From Kiritimatiellia bacterium (GTDB lineage: Bacteria > Verrucomicrobiota > Kiritimatiellia > RFP12 > UBA1067): a DNA stretch of 64,000 bases. Within the stretch, counting starts at the first letter, position 1; every line of letters begins with the position of its first letter. The notes below the pieces were generated by a model. The model ran no database searches and had not been told where the DNA came from. It worked only from the letters and a program-made list of their open reading frames with translations. The position numbers and the translations under genes are program-made. Shown here piece after piece: positions 40,738 through 49,115 of the stretch. Location: assembly GCA_050949565.1 (NCBI GenBank), contig JBMNFY010000015.1:68722-132721 (forward strand). Reading direction: 5' to 3'.

Positions 40738-41147
40738 TACAGACGCTCTGCAACCTCTACGCATGCACCGTCGCCGCCGTCTGGTCCGGCGTCGGCTGTG
40801 CGATGGAATCGAACGGCGACGTGATCCTGTGCGCGGACACCGCCGTGCGCGTGGAATACGGCTGCCTGTCGCTGCGCGCGGTCATCTTGAGCGGCTGGGT
40901 GGGTGTCGCCTGCGCCGTCATGATCCGCCGCGCGTGGCCGTTCCCGGCCGGCCTCGCGCTGGGCGCGCTCATGAGCTGGCTGCGCGTGTTCGCGCTGGTC
41001 GGCCTGGCGTGTATGCGGCCGCCATTGTTCCACGCACTGCACGCACGGTGCGGATACGCGGCGTTCGCAGCCGCTTCCCTGTGTCTCATTTTCGCGGTCT
41101 GCATGTATGTGACCGCACAGCTCAAAAAAAAGGAGAGTCAGAAATGA
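40734..41147 (+). CDS. Minimal exosortase/archaeosortase-like membrane protein
   Basis: VRVEYGCLSLR (Cys), SWLRV (Arg), FHALH..G (His) at the spacing of that family; GGAGG RBS. Confidence 0.6.
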   Translation: MIQTLCNLYACTVAAVWSGVGCAMESNGDVILCADTAVRVEYGCLSLRAVILSGWVGVACAVMIRRAWPFPAGLALGALMSWLRVFALVGLACMRPPLFHALHARCGYAAFAAASLCLIFAVCMYVTAQLKKKESQK

Positions 41148-41731
41148 AAAACGCAACAATCGTTCTTTTCGGCGATTCCTATACGGCGGGCAGGTTGCCG
41201 CACTCGCAGACGGACGGCGCGTTCGCAAAGCATCTGCAAGGCGTACGCCGCGACACCGCCGTAAGCGGATCGACCGCCGTCCAGTGGTCGACTGATATCT
41301 CTAAACAGATCTCCGTGTGCGGGGCGCCCGCCGACGTGGCGGTCGGCTCGCTCCTGGGCAACGATGCGCTTGCCGCGATGGCTGACGGCAAGATCACGCC
41401 CAGAGAGGCGCTTCCCGCGCTGGCCGCGCTCGCCCTGGTGCTGGCACAGGTCGCGACGTGCAAGCCCGTGGTGTTGATGCTGTACCCGAACCCCTACATG
41501 GGCGTTCCGGATCTGCATCCTGAAGCAGAGCGGGGCGTCGCGCTTCTAAACGCCGCGATCCGCACGGTCGCCGATGTGGTCAACGGCATCCCCTATACCA
41601 ATCCCGTCATGCCGCTCGATCTCGGCACCGTGCTGCGCCCCGAGCATTTCGACGGAGTCGACATCCACCCCAACGAGGCGGGGTATCAGGCGATGGCCGC
41701 AGCCGTCATGGATGTGATCGGGCGCATGTAG
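41144..41731 (+). CDS. SGNH/GDSL hydrolase
   Basis: FGDS, AVSG, LGND and DIHPNEAG blocks. Confidence 0.85.
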   Translation: MKNATIVLFGDSYTAGRLPHSQTDGAFAKHLQGVRRDTAVSGSTAVQWSTDISKQISVCGAPADVAVGSLLGNDALAAMADGKITPREALPALAALALVLAQVATCKPVVLMLYPNPYMGVPDLHPEAERGVALLNAAIRTVADVVNGIPYTNPVMPLDLGTVLRPEHFDGVDIHPNEAGYQAMAAAVMDVIGRM

Positions 41732-41794
41732 TTTTCACTCTCACCGTTAAGGCCGCTGTACGGCCGCAACAAAACAAAACAAAGGAGACAAACC

Positions 41795-42649
41795 ATGAAA
41801 GACGCGACAACCAACACCATCACGCCCCGCGACGGCCAAGAGACCGCCGCGCTCAACACCGGCAAGCAGATCGCCGCCGCCATCGGCATCATCGGCACCG
41901 CGCTCACCGCGCTGGCCGGCATCGTCAACGGCCTCGAATGGCTGGGCGACAACCTGCCGCTGCTCCTCACCGGGCTCGGCGGCATCGCCACCGGCGGCAT
42001 CACCTCCTACATCGCGGTGCGCCGCATGCGCGCGGACCGCGCCGCGAAAGCGTCGCTCGCGCTGGTCGCGCTCGGCCTCGCCGCGACCGGCTGCGTCGCG
42101 ATCCGCGCCAGATCAGACGGCGAGCGCGCGGACGTGTGGGCGTTCGGCACCGGCGCGGACTCCGCCGCCGCGTTGTCAAACGTGGCCGTCACCGGCCCCA
42201 GCACCAACGACGCCACCGGCGTCTCCTTCGACACCGGCAGCTCGCAGCAGCAGTCGCAGCAGGCGATCCAATCGCTGATCTCGCTGGGCGCGGCGCTCGC
42301 TCCTGTCCTGGCAGGCGGCGCTCCGGCCGCTCTCGCGCCGCCGTCCGCCTCTCAGGCAGCCCCCGCAAACTCCGGTTCTGTGGTTGCCGTTGACGGCGAT
42401 ACCGATGCAGACCCTGCAGGCTACAACGGCACTCCAGGGCCGTCAGGAGAAGGCATTTACGGACGCCCCTCCTGTTCTCGCTGCCAAGCATACCGCGCGG
42501 CGCACCCTGATGTGGCCGTCATCAACATTGATGACGCCTCCAACCGTGATGACCTGTGGGCAGCCCTCCGCCTTCGCGGCTTCACCGGCGCGACCGTCGC
42601 GCTGCCTGTCGCGGTCACGGCGGACGGCTACACAACGAATGCCAAATAA
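41795..42649 (+). CDS. Holin-like TM region, internal lipobox and C-terminal CxxC glutaredoxin-like domain
   Basis: Two TMs; LGLAATG|C; IYGRPSCSRCQAY...VALPV. Confidence 0.55.
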   Translation: MKDATTNTITPRDGQETAALNTGKQIAAAIGIIGTALTALAGIVNGLEWLGDNLPLLLTGLGGIATGGITSYIAVRRMRADRAAKASLALVALGLAATGCVAIRARSDGERADVWAFGTGADSAAALSNVAVTGPSTNDATGVSFDTGSSQQQSQQAIQSLISLGAALAPVLAGGAPAALAPPSASQAAPANSGSVVAVDGDTDADPAGYNGTPGPSGEGIYGRPSCSRCQAYRAAHPDVAVINIDDASNRDDLWAALRLRGFTGATVALPVAVTADGYTTNAK

Positions 42650-42740
42650 CACAACACCAAACTCAGGCAGTGGTGCGCCGGGCACCATAAGTGCGCAGGT
42701 AGCGCATCCCGGCTCTAACCCCTAACCGAAGGAACAAACC

Positions 42741-43172
42741 ATGAAAACACAAGCCACCATGATCGCCGCGCTCGCATGCGCCGCGCTCGTCACCGTCTGT
42801 GCGCGTGCGCAGTCGCGCCCAAGCTCGCTGGACTTCACGGTCGCGCTCACAGCCGGCCAGACCGCTGTCACGCAGGACGTCTCCCTCGTCGACTACGCGT
42901 TCGAGGTCGACCGCGTCGTCCTGTTCAACGACTCGTCCGTCACCTGCGCCGTCACCGTCGCCGCCGTCGACCTCGGCGTCACGACGCAGCTCGAGAGCTT
43001 CGCCCTCGGCGCGGCTTCCGGCGCGAGCCGGACACCCCGCGCGGCAGTCGTCACCGGCGCGTCCACCAACTACTCGCGCGCCATCGTGCGCGACCTGAAA
43101 GTGACCGTGAACAAAGCGACCAACGCCGTTCCCCTCACCATCCGTGGCCGCATCTTCGGCTATGGCCGCTAA
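42741..43172 (+). CDS. Signal-peptide beta-rich protein
   Basis: MKTQATMIAALACAALVTVCARA|Q. Confidence 0.65.
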   Translation: MKTQATMIAALACAALVTVCARAQSRPSSLDFTVALTAGQTAVTQDVSLVDYAFEVDRVVLFNDSSVTCAVTVAAVDLGVTTQLESFALGAASGASRTPRAAVVTGASTNYSRAIVRDLKVTVNKATNAVPLTIRGRIFGYGR

Positions 43173-43206
43173 CTCCCAACTCCCAACCCCTAACTCCTAA
43201 ATCACC

Positions 43207-44484
43207 ATGAGCGATCCCGCGACAACCGCAGCACGCTACCTCGCCTCCAAAAAGGTCGTGGCGACCGTGCTGTCGTCGCGGGAGATCTCGGAGCACATCC
43301 CCCGCGCCCTTCGGGACAACGCCGTGTTCAGTGCTCGCACCCTCTACGCCGAGCACCTCGCCGAGACACAGGCAGACATCATACGTCTGCTCGATGCGCG
43401 TAAGGGCCCCGCAGAAATCCGCACCGCCATGCAGATTCGTCTCGCCGCGCTGGGCTACGAGCCAGACCCCGATCAGCGCGGCGGACTGCAAGACCTCTCC
43501 AGCGACATGCGCACCAACCTCATCATCGCCATGCAGGAAGCCGAAGCGCGCGGCTATGCCGTATGGCGCAGCCAGCAGGACGAGGCCGTGCTGACCGTCT
43601 GGCCGGCGCAGGAACTCTACCGCGCCCAGTTCCGCCAGAAACCCCGCGACTGGCGCACCCGCTGGAACGAGGCGCGCGCCGATCTGGGCGAGGGCAACAC
43701 CAGCGCCACCTATGCCGTATCAGCATCAGGCCCGTTCGTCGCGTTGCGCGGCGACCGCATCTGGAGGCACCCCGCCGTCAACCGCTTCGGACGCCCGTGG
43801 CCGCCTTTCGATTACAACAGCGGTATGCGTCTGCGCGGTGTGAAAGCCTCGCAAGCGCGAGAAAAAAACGTGCTCAAAGGCCGCGCATTCCCCAAGCCTG
43901 CGCGAGATCCGATGGACGGCAGCGTCAGATCCTCGTCTGCCGCAGGAATGGACGCCGAGATCGTGCGCGCGTGGGCGGCCGCGTTCGGCGCACGCGCCCG
44001 CGTCTACAAGGGACGCGGCGGCATCCCCCGCGTGGCCGTAGCCCCTGACGCCGGCGCGGCGAGGCAGGTCATCGACGGCGCGTTATCGGGCGGCGACGCC
44101 ACGGCAGCCTTCGGCTTCCCCACCGCCGGCGCACTCGAAGAGATCAGCGCAGCCATCGGAAAGCCAGTGCGGCCCGAGATCCCGCTCCAAGTGTCCGCCG
44201 CGGACGTCCGCCACATCCTCAAAGCGCACGGCGCCGAAACGCGCACAGGGCAGCACCCCGTGACAACGGAGGACATCAAGCGCGTGCCTGAGATCGTGGC
44301 CGGCCCCGGACGCTGGCGCGCCAGCACACCGCAGGAAAAAGGATCGTATGAGGGCGATGCAGTGACCTTCGCGGCTGACACAGGCGAGCGTATCAGCTTC
44401 CGCGTCACCGCAGGGAAGAACGATCCACGCATCACGCTCAAAACCATGTGGATCGAAAAACAAAAAGACCGTCCCGCTGACTAA
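43207..44484 (+). CDS. MuF-like head morphogenesis protein with C-terminal PBECR-type nuclease-like domain
   Basis: WPAQELYR...PWPPFDYNSG; C-terminal VRHILKAHG...GQHPVTTEDIKRVPEIV...LKTMW. Confidence 0.65.
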   Translation: MSDPATTAARYLASKKVVATVLSSREISEHIPRALRDNAVFSARTLYAEHLAETQADIIRLLDARKGPAEIRTAMQIRLAALGYEPDPDQRGGLQDLSSDMRTNLIIAMQEAEARGYAVWRSQQDEAVLTVWPAQELYRAQFRQKPRDWRTRWNEARADLGEGNTSATYAVSASGPFVALRGDRIWRHPAVNRFGRPWPPFDYNSGMRLRGVKASQAREKNVLKGRAFPKPARDPMDGSVRSSSAAGMDAEIVRAWAAAFGARARVYKGRGGIPRVAVAPDAGAARQVIDGALSGGDATAAFGFPTAGALEEISAAIGKPVRPEIPLQVSAADVRHILKAHGAETRTGQHPVTTEDIKRVPEIVAGPGRWRASTPQEKGSYEGDAVTFAADTGERISFRVTAGKNDPRITLKTMWIEKQKDRPAD

Positions 44485-44545
44485 CGTCCGAAACGCTCCC
44501 GTTTCCGCACGGGCCTCAGCTGCTACGGTCAAAGGGAAGTATACC

Positions 44546-45145
44546 ATGTTAGACATCCAAGTCAACCTCGACGGATCAGGCGCAATCGGCCTCCTGCGCA
44601 AATTGCAGTGGTCGTTTCAGGGACGCGCCGCATCCCGCGGTGTTGGCGAGGCATGCGCGAAACTCACACGGGATCATCTCTGCCGCATCGCGTCTAGCCG
44701 TCACCGCTCCGGTCTGGCGCGCAACTTCTACGCGCGCGCCGCCGATGCCGTCGTCTCCGAGCCAGTCTCGCACGGCGCAATGATCACGATCCCGCACACC
44801 GGCCTTGCGCTACGCTACTACGGCGGCACCGTGCGCCCGAGCGGGCGCGTCTCGCTCGTCACCGGCCGCCCGATCAAGCGCTTGGCGATCCCGATCAAAG
44901 GCCGCGGCGCGGAAGGCAGACTGCCGAAGGACTTCAAGGGGCTTTTCGTCGTGGCCTCCAAACGCTCCGGCAAGGCGGTGCTGGCCGGTCGCGGGCCGTC
45001 CGGCCTTGTCCGTGCGCTCTTCACGCTGGTCAAATCCTCAACGCACAAAGCGGACAAGAGCGTCCTCCCCACTGACGACCAATACACGGCTGCCGGTGCC
45101 GATGCGCTCGACGAGCTGTTAGCGGAGACGATCAATGGCTTCTAA
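44546..45145 (+). CDS. Mu gpG-like virion morphogenesis protein
   Basis: Basic protein; YYGGTVRP...RLAIP; follows MuF. Confidence 0.55.
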   Translation: MLDIQVNLDGSGAIGLLRKLQWSFQGRAASRGVGEACAKLTRDHLCRIASSRHRSGLARNFYARAADAVVSEPVSHGAMITIPHTGLALRYYGGTVRPSGRVSLVTGRPIKRLAIPIKGRGAEGRLPKDFKGLFVVASKRSGKAVLAGRGPSGLVRALFTLVKSSTHKADKSVLPTDDQYTAAGADALDELLAETINGF

Positions 45146-47156
45146 AGACATCAAGATTCTCATCAAGACCCTCGCCGACGTGACCGGCATCTCGCGCGTC
45201 ACGGCCGCCTGGCGCAAATGGGCTGCCGACCACAAGGTCGGCGCCGCCGCCGTCACCGCGTCGCTGCGCGGTTTGGCGGCAGCAGCCAAGGCATCATTCT
45301 CCGCTTTCGCCGCCGCCGGACGCGCCGCTTTCAACGCCGTTTCACACGGCATGCAAACCGTGCGCAACGCCGCCATCGGTCTCGGCGTCGGCATGGGCGG
45401 CGCGGTGCGCGAGTTCTACACCTGGAACAAAGAGGCCGCCCGCGCCTGGGCGCTCATGGACATCGGCAAAGATGAGTTCGTCCAAATGCGCACAGAGATC
45501 GCCGACATGTCCGCAGAACTCGGCGTCGCAAAAGACGAGCTTGGGAAAGGCTGGACGCTCGCCGCCGGATCAGGCGTCGAGAACAACGAGATCGTCCGCT
45601 TCCTGCGCACCGCCGCAAAGGTCGCGATCACGGACGGCTCGGACATCGAGACCGCGATCAACGGCATGACCAGTGTGCTCAACGCATTCGGCTACCAATC
45701 AGCAGACGCCGCGCGTGTCACCGATATGCTGTTCAGCAATGTCGACCGAGGCAAGTCATCCTTCCACGCCCTCTCGTCATACATCGCTCAAGCCGCGCCA
45801 ACAGCCGCCGCGCTAGGCGTCGGCCTCGACCAGATTCTCGCCGCAGAAGTCCATCTCAGCAAACAAGGCTACGCAACCAGCACTGCCTACGTCGCTATCC
45901 GAAACGCTATGCTCGCACTCAGCGACGAGCTAGGCGACGGCTGGGCCAAGACCATGACCTTCCAAGAGGCACTGCAAAAAGTACGCGAGGAGGCCAACGG
46001 ATCAGAGACCGCGCTCGCAAAAATCTTCGGCGACCGCACCGTCGGTGCTGTGCTTGCAATGACCGGTGAAAACGCTGCCAAGGCCGCCGAGGAACTGGCA
46101 GCCATGCGCAACAGCACTGACTCGCTGGGGAACGCCTACAGCAAGGTAGATTCCGAAATCCAGCACTGGCCCAAGCTCTGGCAATCGCTGCGCCTGCTCG
46201 TCTCCAACATCGGCGAGGCCATCGACACCTCGCTGCGCCCGGCCATTGATTACATCACAGAGAAACTCGGCAATCTCACAAAAGGCGATGGTTTCGCGGC
46301 AATGGCCCGCCGACTGGGAGACGCGATCAGCAACGCCGCCGCCAAGCTCATCGCGGGCGTGCAGACCGCTGTCGATGTCCTGAGCCGTGCCACGCTCGGC
46401 GGCGTCATCGCCGGCGCAGTCGGTGCGCTCGTCGACACCGCCATCACCCTGCTGGCCGAAGGTCTCCGCGCGCTCGGCGTCGTCGTGCGGGCGCTGGCGA
46501 AAATATTTGCCTCCGCGCTGGCAGAGGACATGATGAAGATCGACCTCCCCTTCCGCAACGAGGAAAAAGCCGCGCGCGAGGCCGCCATCCGCAACCTCAT
46601 CAACCTCACACCCACGCAGGCCGCCGCGTTCGGCATCCCCAAAGAATTCATGGAGCGCGACGCCATCATGTCGCCGGCGCAACTCAAGGCGCGTCAGAAG
46701 CGCATGCAGGAGTGGGCGTCCGGACTCAGCCTCGATCAGGCCGCAGCCATCGCCACCGCCACCCGCGACTCTGACATCAACGCCGCGCTCGCTCAGGCCA
46801 CTGATTCTTTCGGTGCCGCCCGCGGCCGCATCGAGGGCGCAGGCTCGCGTATCATCTCCGACCTCTCGCGTCGCACGGGCACAGATATCTCCGCCGCCTA
46901 CCAGCGCAACCTCGGCGCGGCCATGTCCATCGCCGGCCCTGTCCAAGGGCCGCCCGCGCCGCCGCAGCAGCCCGCCGCCGCTCCCGCCGCAACCGCACAG
47001 GCATCCGCCTCAAGCGCAGAAGTCGTCGCGGCCGCGCACAGCGCGCGCGACGCGCAGCGCGACACCTCCGCCGAGCTGATCTCCACTCTAAAGGACATCA
47101 AACACGAGCAACGCATCCTGCGCGAGCAGATCAAATCAATACGTGCGAGGGACTGA
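45135..47156 (+). CDS. Tail tape-measure protein (TP901-like)
   Basis: SVLNAFG...AARVTDML...GKSSF...APTAAALGV; Ala-rich helices. Confidence 0.85.
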   Translation: MASKDIKILIKTLADVTGISRVTAAWRKWAADHKVGAAAVTASLRGLAAAAKASFSAFAAAGRAAFNAVSHGMQTVRNAAIGLGVGMGGAVREFYTWNKEAARAWALMDIGKDEFVQMRTEIADMSAELGVAKDELGKGWTLAAGSGVENNEIVRFLRTAAKVAITDGSDIETAINGMTSVLNAFGYQSADAARVTDMLFSNVDRGKSSFHALSSYIAQAAPTAAALGVGLDQILAAEVHLSKQGYATSTAYVAIRNAMLALSDELGDGWAKTMTFQEALQKVREEANGSETALAKIFGDRTVGAVLAMTGENAAKAAEELAAMRNSTDSLGNAYSKVDSEIQHWPKLWQSLRLLVSNIGEAIDTSLRPAIDYITEKLGNLTKGDGFAAMARRLGDAISNAAAKLIAGVQTAVDVLSRATLGGVIAGAVGALVDTAITLLAEGLRALGVVVRALAKIFASALAEDMMKIDLPFRNEEKAAREAAIRNLINLTPTQAAAFGIPKEFMERDAIMSPAQLKARQKRMQEWASGLSLDQAAAIATATRDSDINAALAQATDSFGAARGRIEGAGSRIISDLSRRTGTDISAAYQRNLGAAMSIAGPVQGPPAPPQQPAAAPAATAQASASSAEVVAAAHSARDAQRDTSAELISTLKDIKHEQRILREQIKSIRARD

Positions 47157-47159
47157 ACC

Positions 47160-49085
47160 ATGGCGTGGCAATACTACATCTCCGGCGGCGGCGTGACCAG
47201 GGAACTCAAAGAAGCCAACGGGCACAGCCTCTCCATCTCGCGCCGCGCCGGCGCGGTCTCCACCGCGTCATGGATCATAGATTCGCAGCCCGAGGACGCG
47301 CCGCTCTGGCCCTTCGGAACAGCCGTCACCGTCTCCCGCGCGGACGGGCCGGAAACCGAGATACTGTTCCGCGGCACGATCACCAACGACCAGCCGTCCG
47401 CCGACCCCTCGGACGAGAGCACCCCCTACCAAGCGTCCGACGCGTGGTGGGACATGGACGGCGAGATCTACCGCCAGTCGCGCAAGATCACCTTGAGCGA
47501 CGGCACCACCGGAAACGCGCTCTACGGCCGCTCCCTCCTCGGCCGCGCCGCCGACGGCGAACGCATGAGCGCCGCCCAAATCATCAGCGCCGCGATCGAC
47601 TACGCCGCCGGCATCGGCATCAACATTCAAAAGGGCGCCATCGACGCGCCGGTCACACCGCCGTGGATAGAAACCACAGACAAAACGCTCTCCGAGATCA
47701 TCCGCCTCGCGCTGCTGTGGCAGCCCGACGCCGTCCCGTGGATCGACCACACCACATCCCCGCCCACGCTGCACGTCACGCGCCGCTCGGCAATGGAGCA
47801 AACGGAGCTCGATTTCGCCGGCCTCGGCCAGTGCCGCGTCCGCGCCTTCCCCGAGCAGCAGATCAGCGGCTGCGAGATCACCTACGAGCTGAGCAACCAG
47901 CACGGCCGCACCGTCGCCGTCGACTCCGCCGGCGACACCTCCGCCCTGCGCTGCGCGCGCTTCACGATCCCGCTCGAATTCGAGGCCGGCGCCGCCGCGC
48001 CCAGACAGGAGATCAAGACCGTCCCGCTTGGCGACTACACACAGCTCGGATGGTGGCAGCGCATATTCCCCTGGCTGCCCAACGACGCCGACATCACCGA
48101 GGTGATGATCATGCCGGCGCCACCGGAAGGGTTCACAAACATCCTCGTCGCAGGCACCATCACCGACTGGATGCGCGACGACCTCGACCTCTCAGCCAGC
48201 GAGCACACCGTCTCCTGCAAGGCCGGCATGGAAGTAGACGGCAAAAATTTCACCGAGAAAGAACTCAGCCGGAAATTCACGCTGACCAACGCCAGCAGCC
48301 GACGCTACGCCGGGCGCTTCAGCATGGGGTTCGCCGAGCCTGTCCCGACCGGCGTCGCCGATGCGTTTTACGCCGCCGCTTCGCAACTGCAATACGGCGG
48401 CAGCATCGTCATCGAAGAGGAGGAATGCGCCGGGGGCCGCGCGCTCATGGGCAAGGCCGTCAACGTCACCGGCGCGCGCGCCGCATGGGCGTCCATGAAA
48501 GCCGCCGTCGTCGGCGTCGACGAAGATTTCGACTCCGGCTCGACCACCGTCACGCTCGGCCCCGCCCGCCACCTCGCGCCGCAAGACATGATCGACCTCC
48601 TGCGCGCGTCCCGCTGGCGCCACAGCATGCAGCCGCAGAATCCGGATGACAACGCGGCATCCGGCGACGAAGGCCCCGCCGACCCGTTCGGCCCCGAGGA
48701 CAATCGGTCCGAGTCTCCCGGCAAGCTCTCCGCGATCACTTTGGAAACAGAAGACGCCACGTGCGCCGCCATTATTGACGCCGACGACCTCGAAGATGAC
48801 AACCCCGCAATGTTCCGAGAAATCGAATACACGGGGGCAGACGGCAAGACGACCCGCGCCATCTTCCTCGCCACAGAGCCGCAAGCTGACGAAGAGGAAG
48901 AAAACGAAGACCCCGACGGAGATGGCTCTGGTTCGTCAGACGACTGCTCTCACGACGGCCCGCCGGACGGCGGCGGCGGCGGCGGCGGCGGCACACCGGA
49001 AAATGAGCATGATGGCGGCCACCCCGGAAGCGAGGAACCCGACAGAGACGGCGGGCATCCCGGCAAGACCGGCCCGTGCTGGTAA
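47160..49085 (+). CDS. Tail tip/hub-like protein with an acidic Gly/His C-terminal tail
   Basis: Follows the tape measure; STTVTLGP hub-like motif. Confidence 0.5.
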   Translation: MAWQYYISGGGVTRELKEANGHSLSISRRAGAVSTASWIIDSQPEDAPLWPFGTAVTVSRADGPETEILFRGTITNDQPSADPSDESTPYQASDAWWDMDGEIYRQSRKITLSDGTTGNALYGRSLLGRAADGERMSAAQIISAAIDYAAGIGINIQKGAIDAPVTPPWIETTDKTLSEIIRLALLWQPDAVPWIDHTTSPPTLHVTRRSAMEQTELDFAGLGQCRVRAFPEQQISGCEITYELSNQHGRTVAVDSAGDTSALRCARFTIPLEFEAGAAAPRQEIKTVPLGDYTQLGWWQRIFPWLPNDADITEVMIMPAPPEGFTNILVAGTITDWMRDDLDLSASEHTVSCKAGMEVDGKNFTEKELSRKFTLTNASSRRYAGRFSMGFAEPVPTGVADAFYAAASQLQYGGSIVIEEEECAGGRALMGKAVNVTGARAAWASMKAAVVGVDEDFDSGSTTVTLGPARHLAPQDMIDLLRASRWRHSMQPQNPDDNAASGDEGPADPFGPEDNRSESPGKLSAITLETEDATCAAIIDADDLEDDNPAMFREIEYTGADGKTTRAIFLATEPQADEEEENEDPDGDGSGSSDDCSHDGPPDGGGGGGGGTPENEHDGGHPGSEEPDRDGGHPGKTGPCW

Positions 49086-49115
49086 TTTTTTGCAAGAAGA
49101 GAGGAGAAACGACCC

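Noticed and set aside
42660-42725. Possible tRNA or ncRNA in an intergenic hairpin region
   Set aside because: No cloverleaf or T-loop consensus; no tRNA or rRNA was recognised anywhere in the window.
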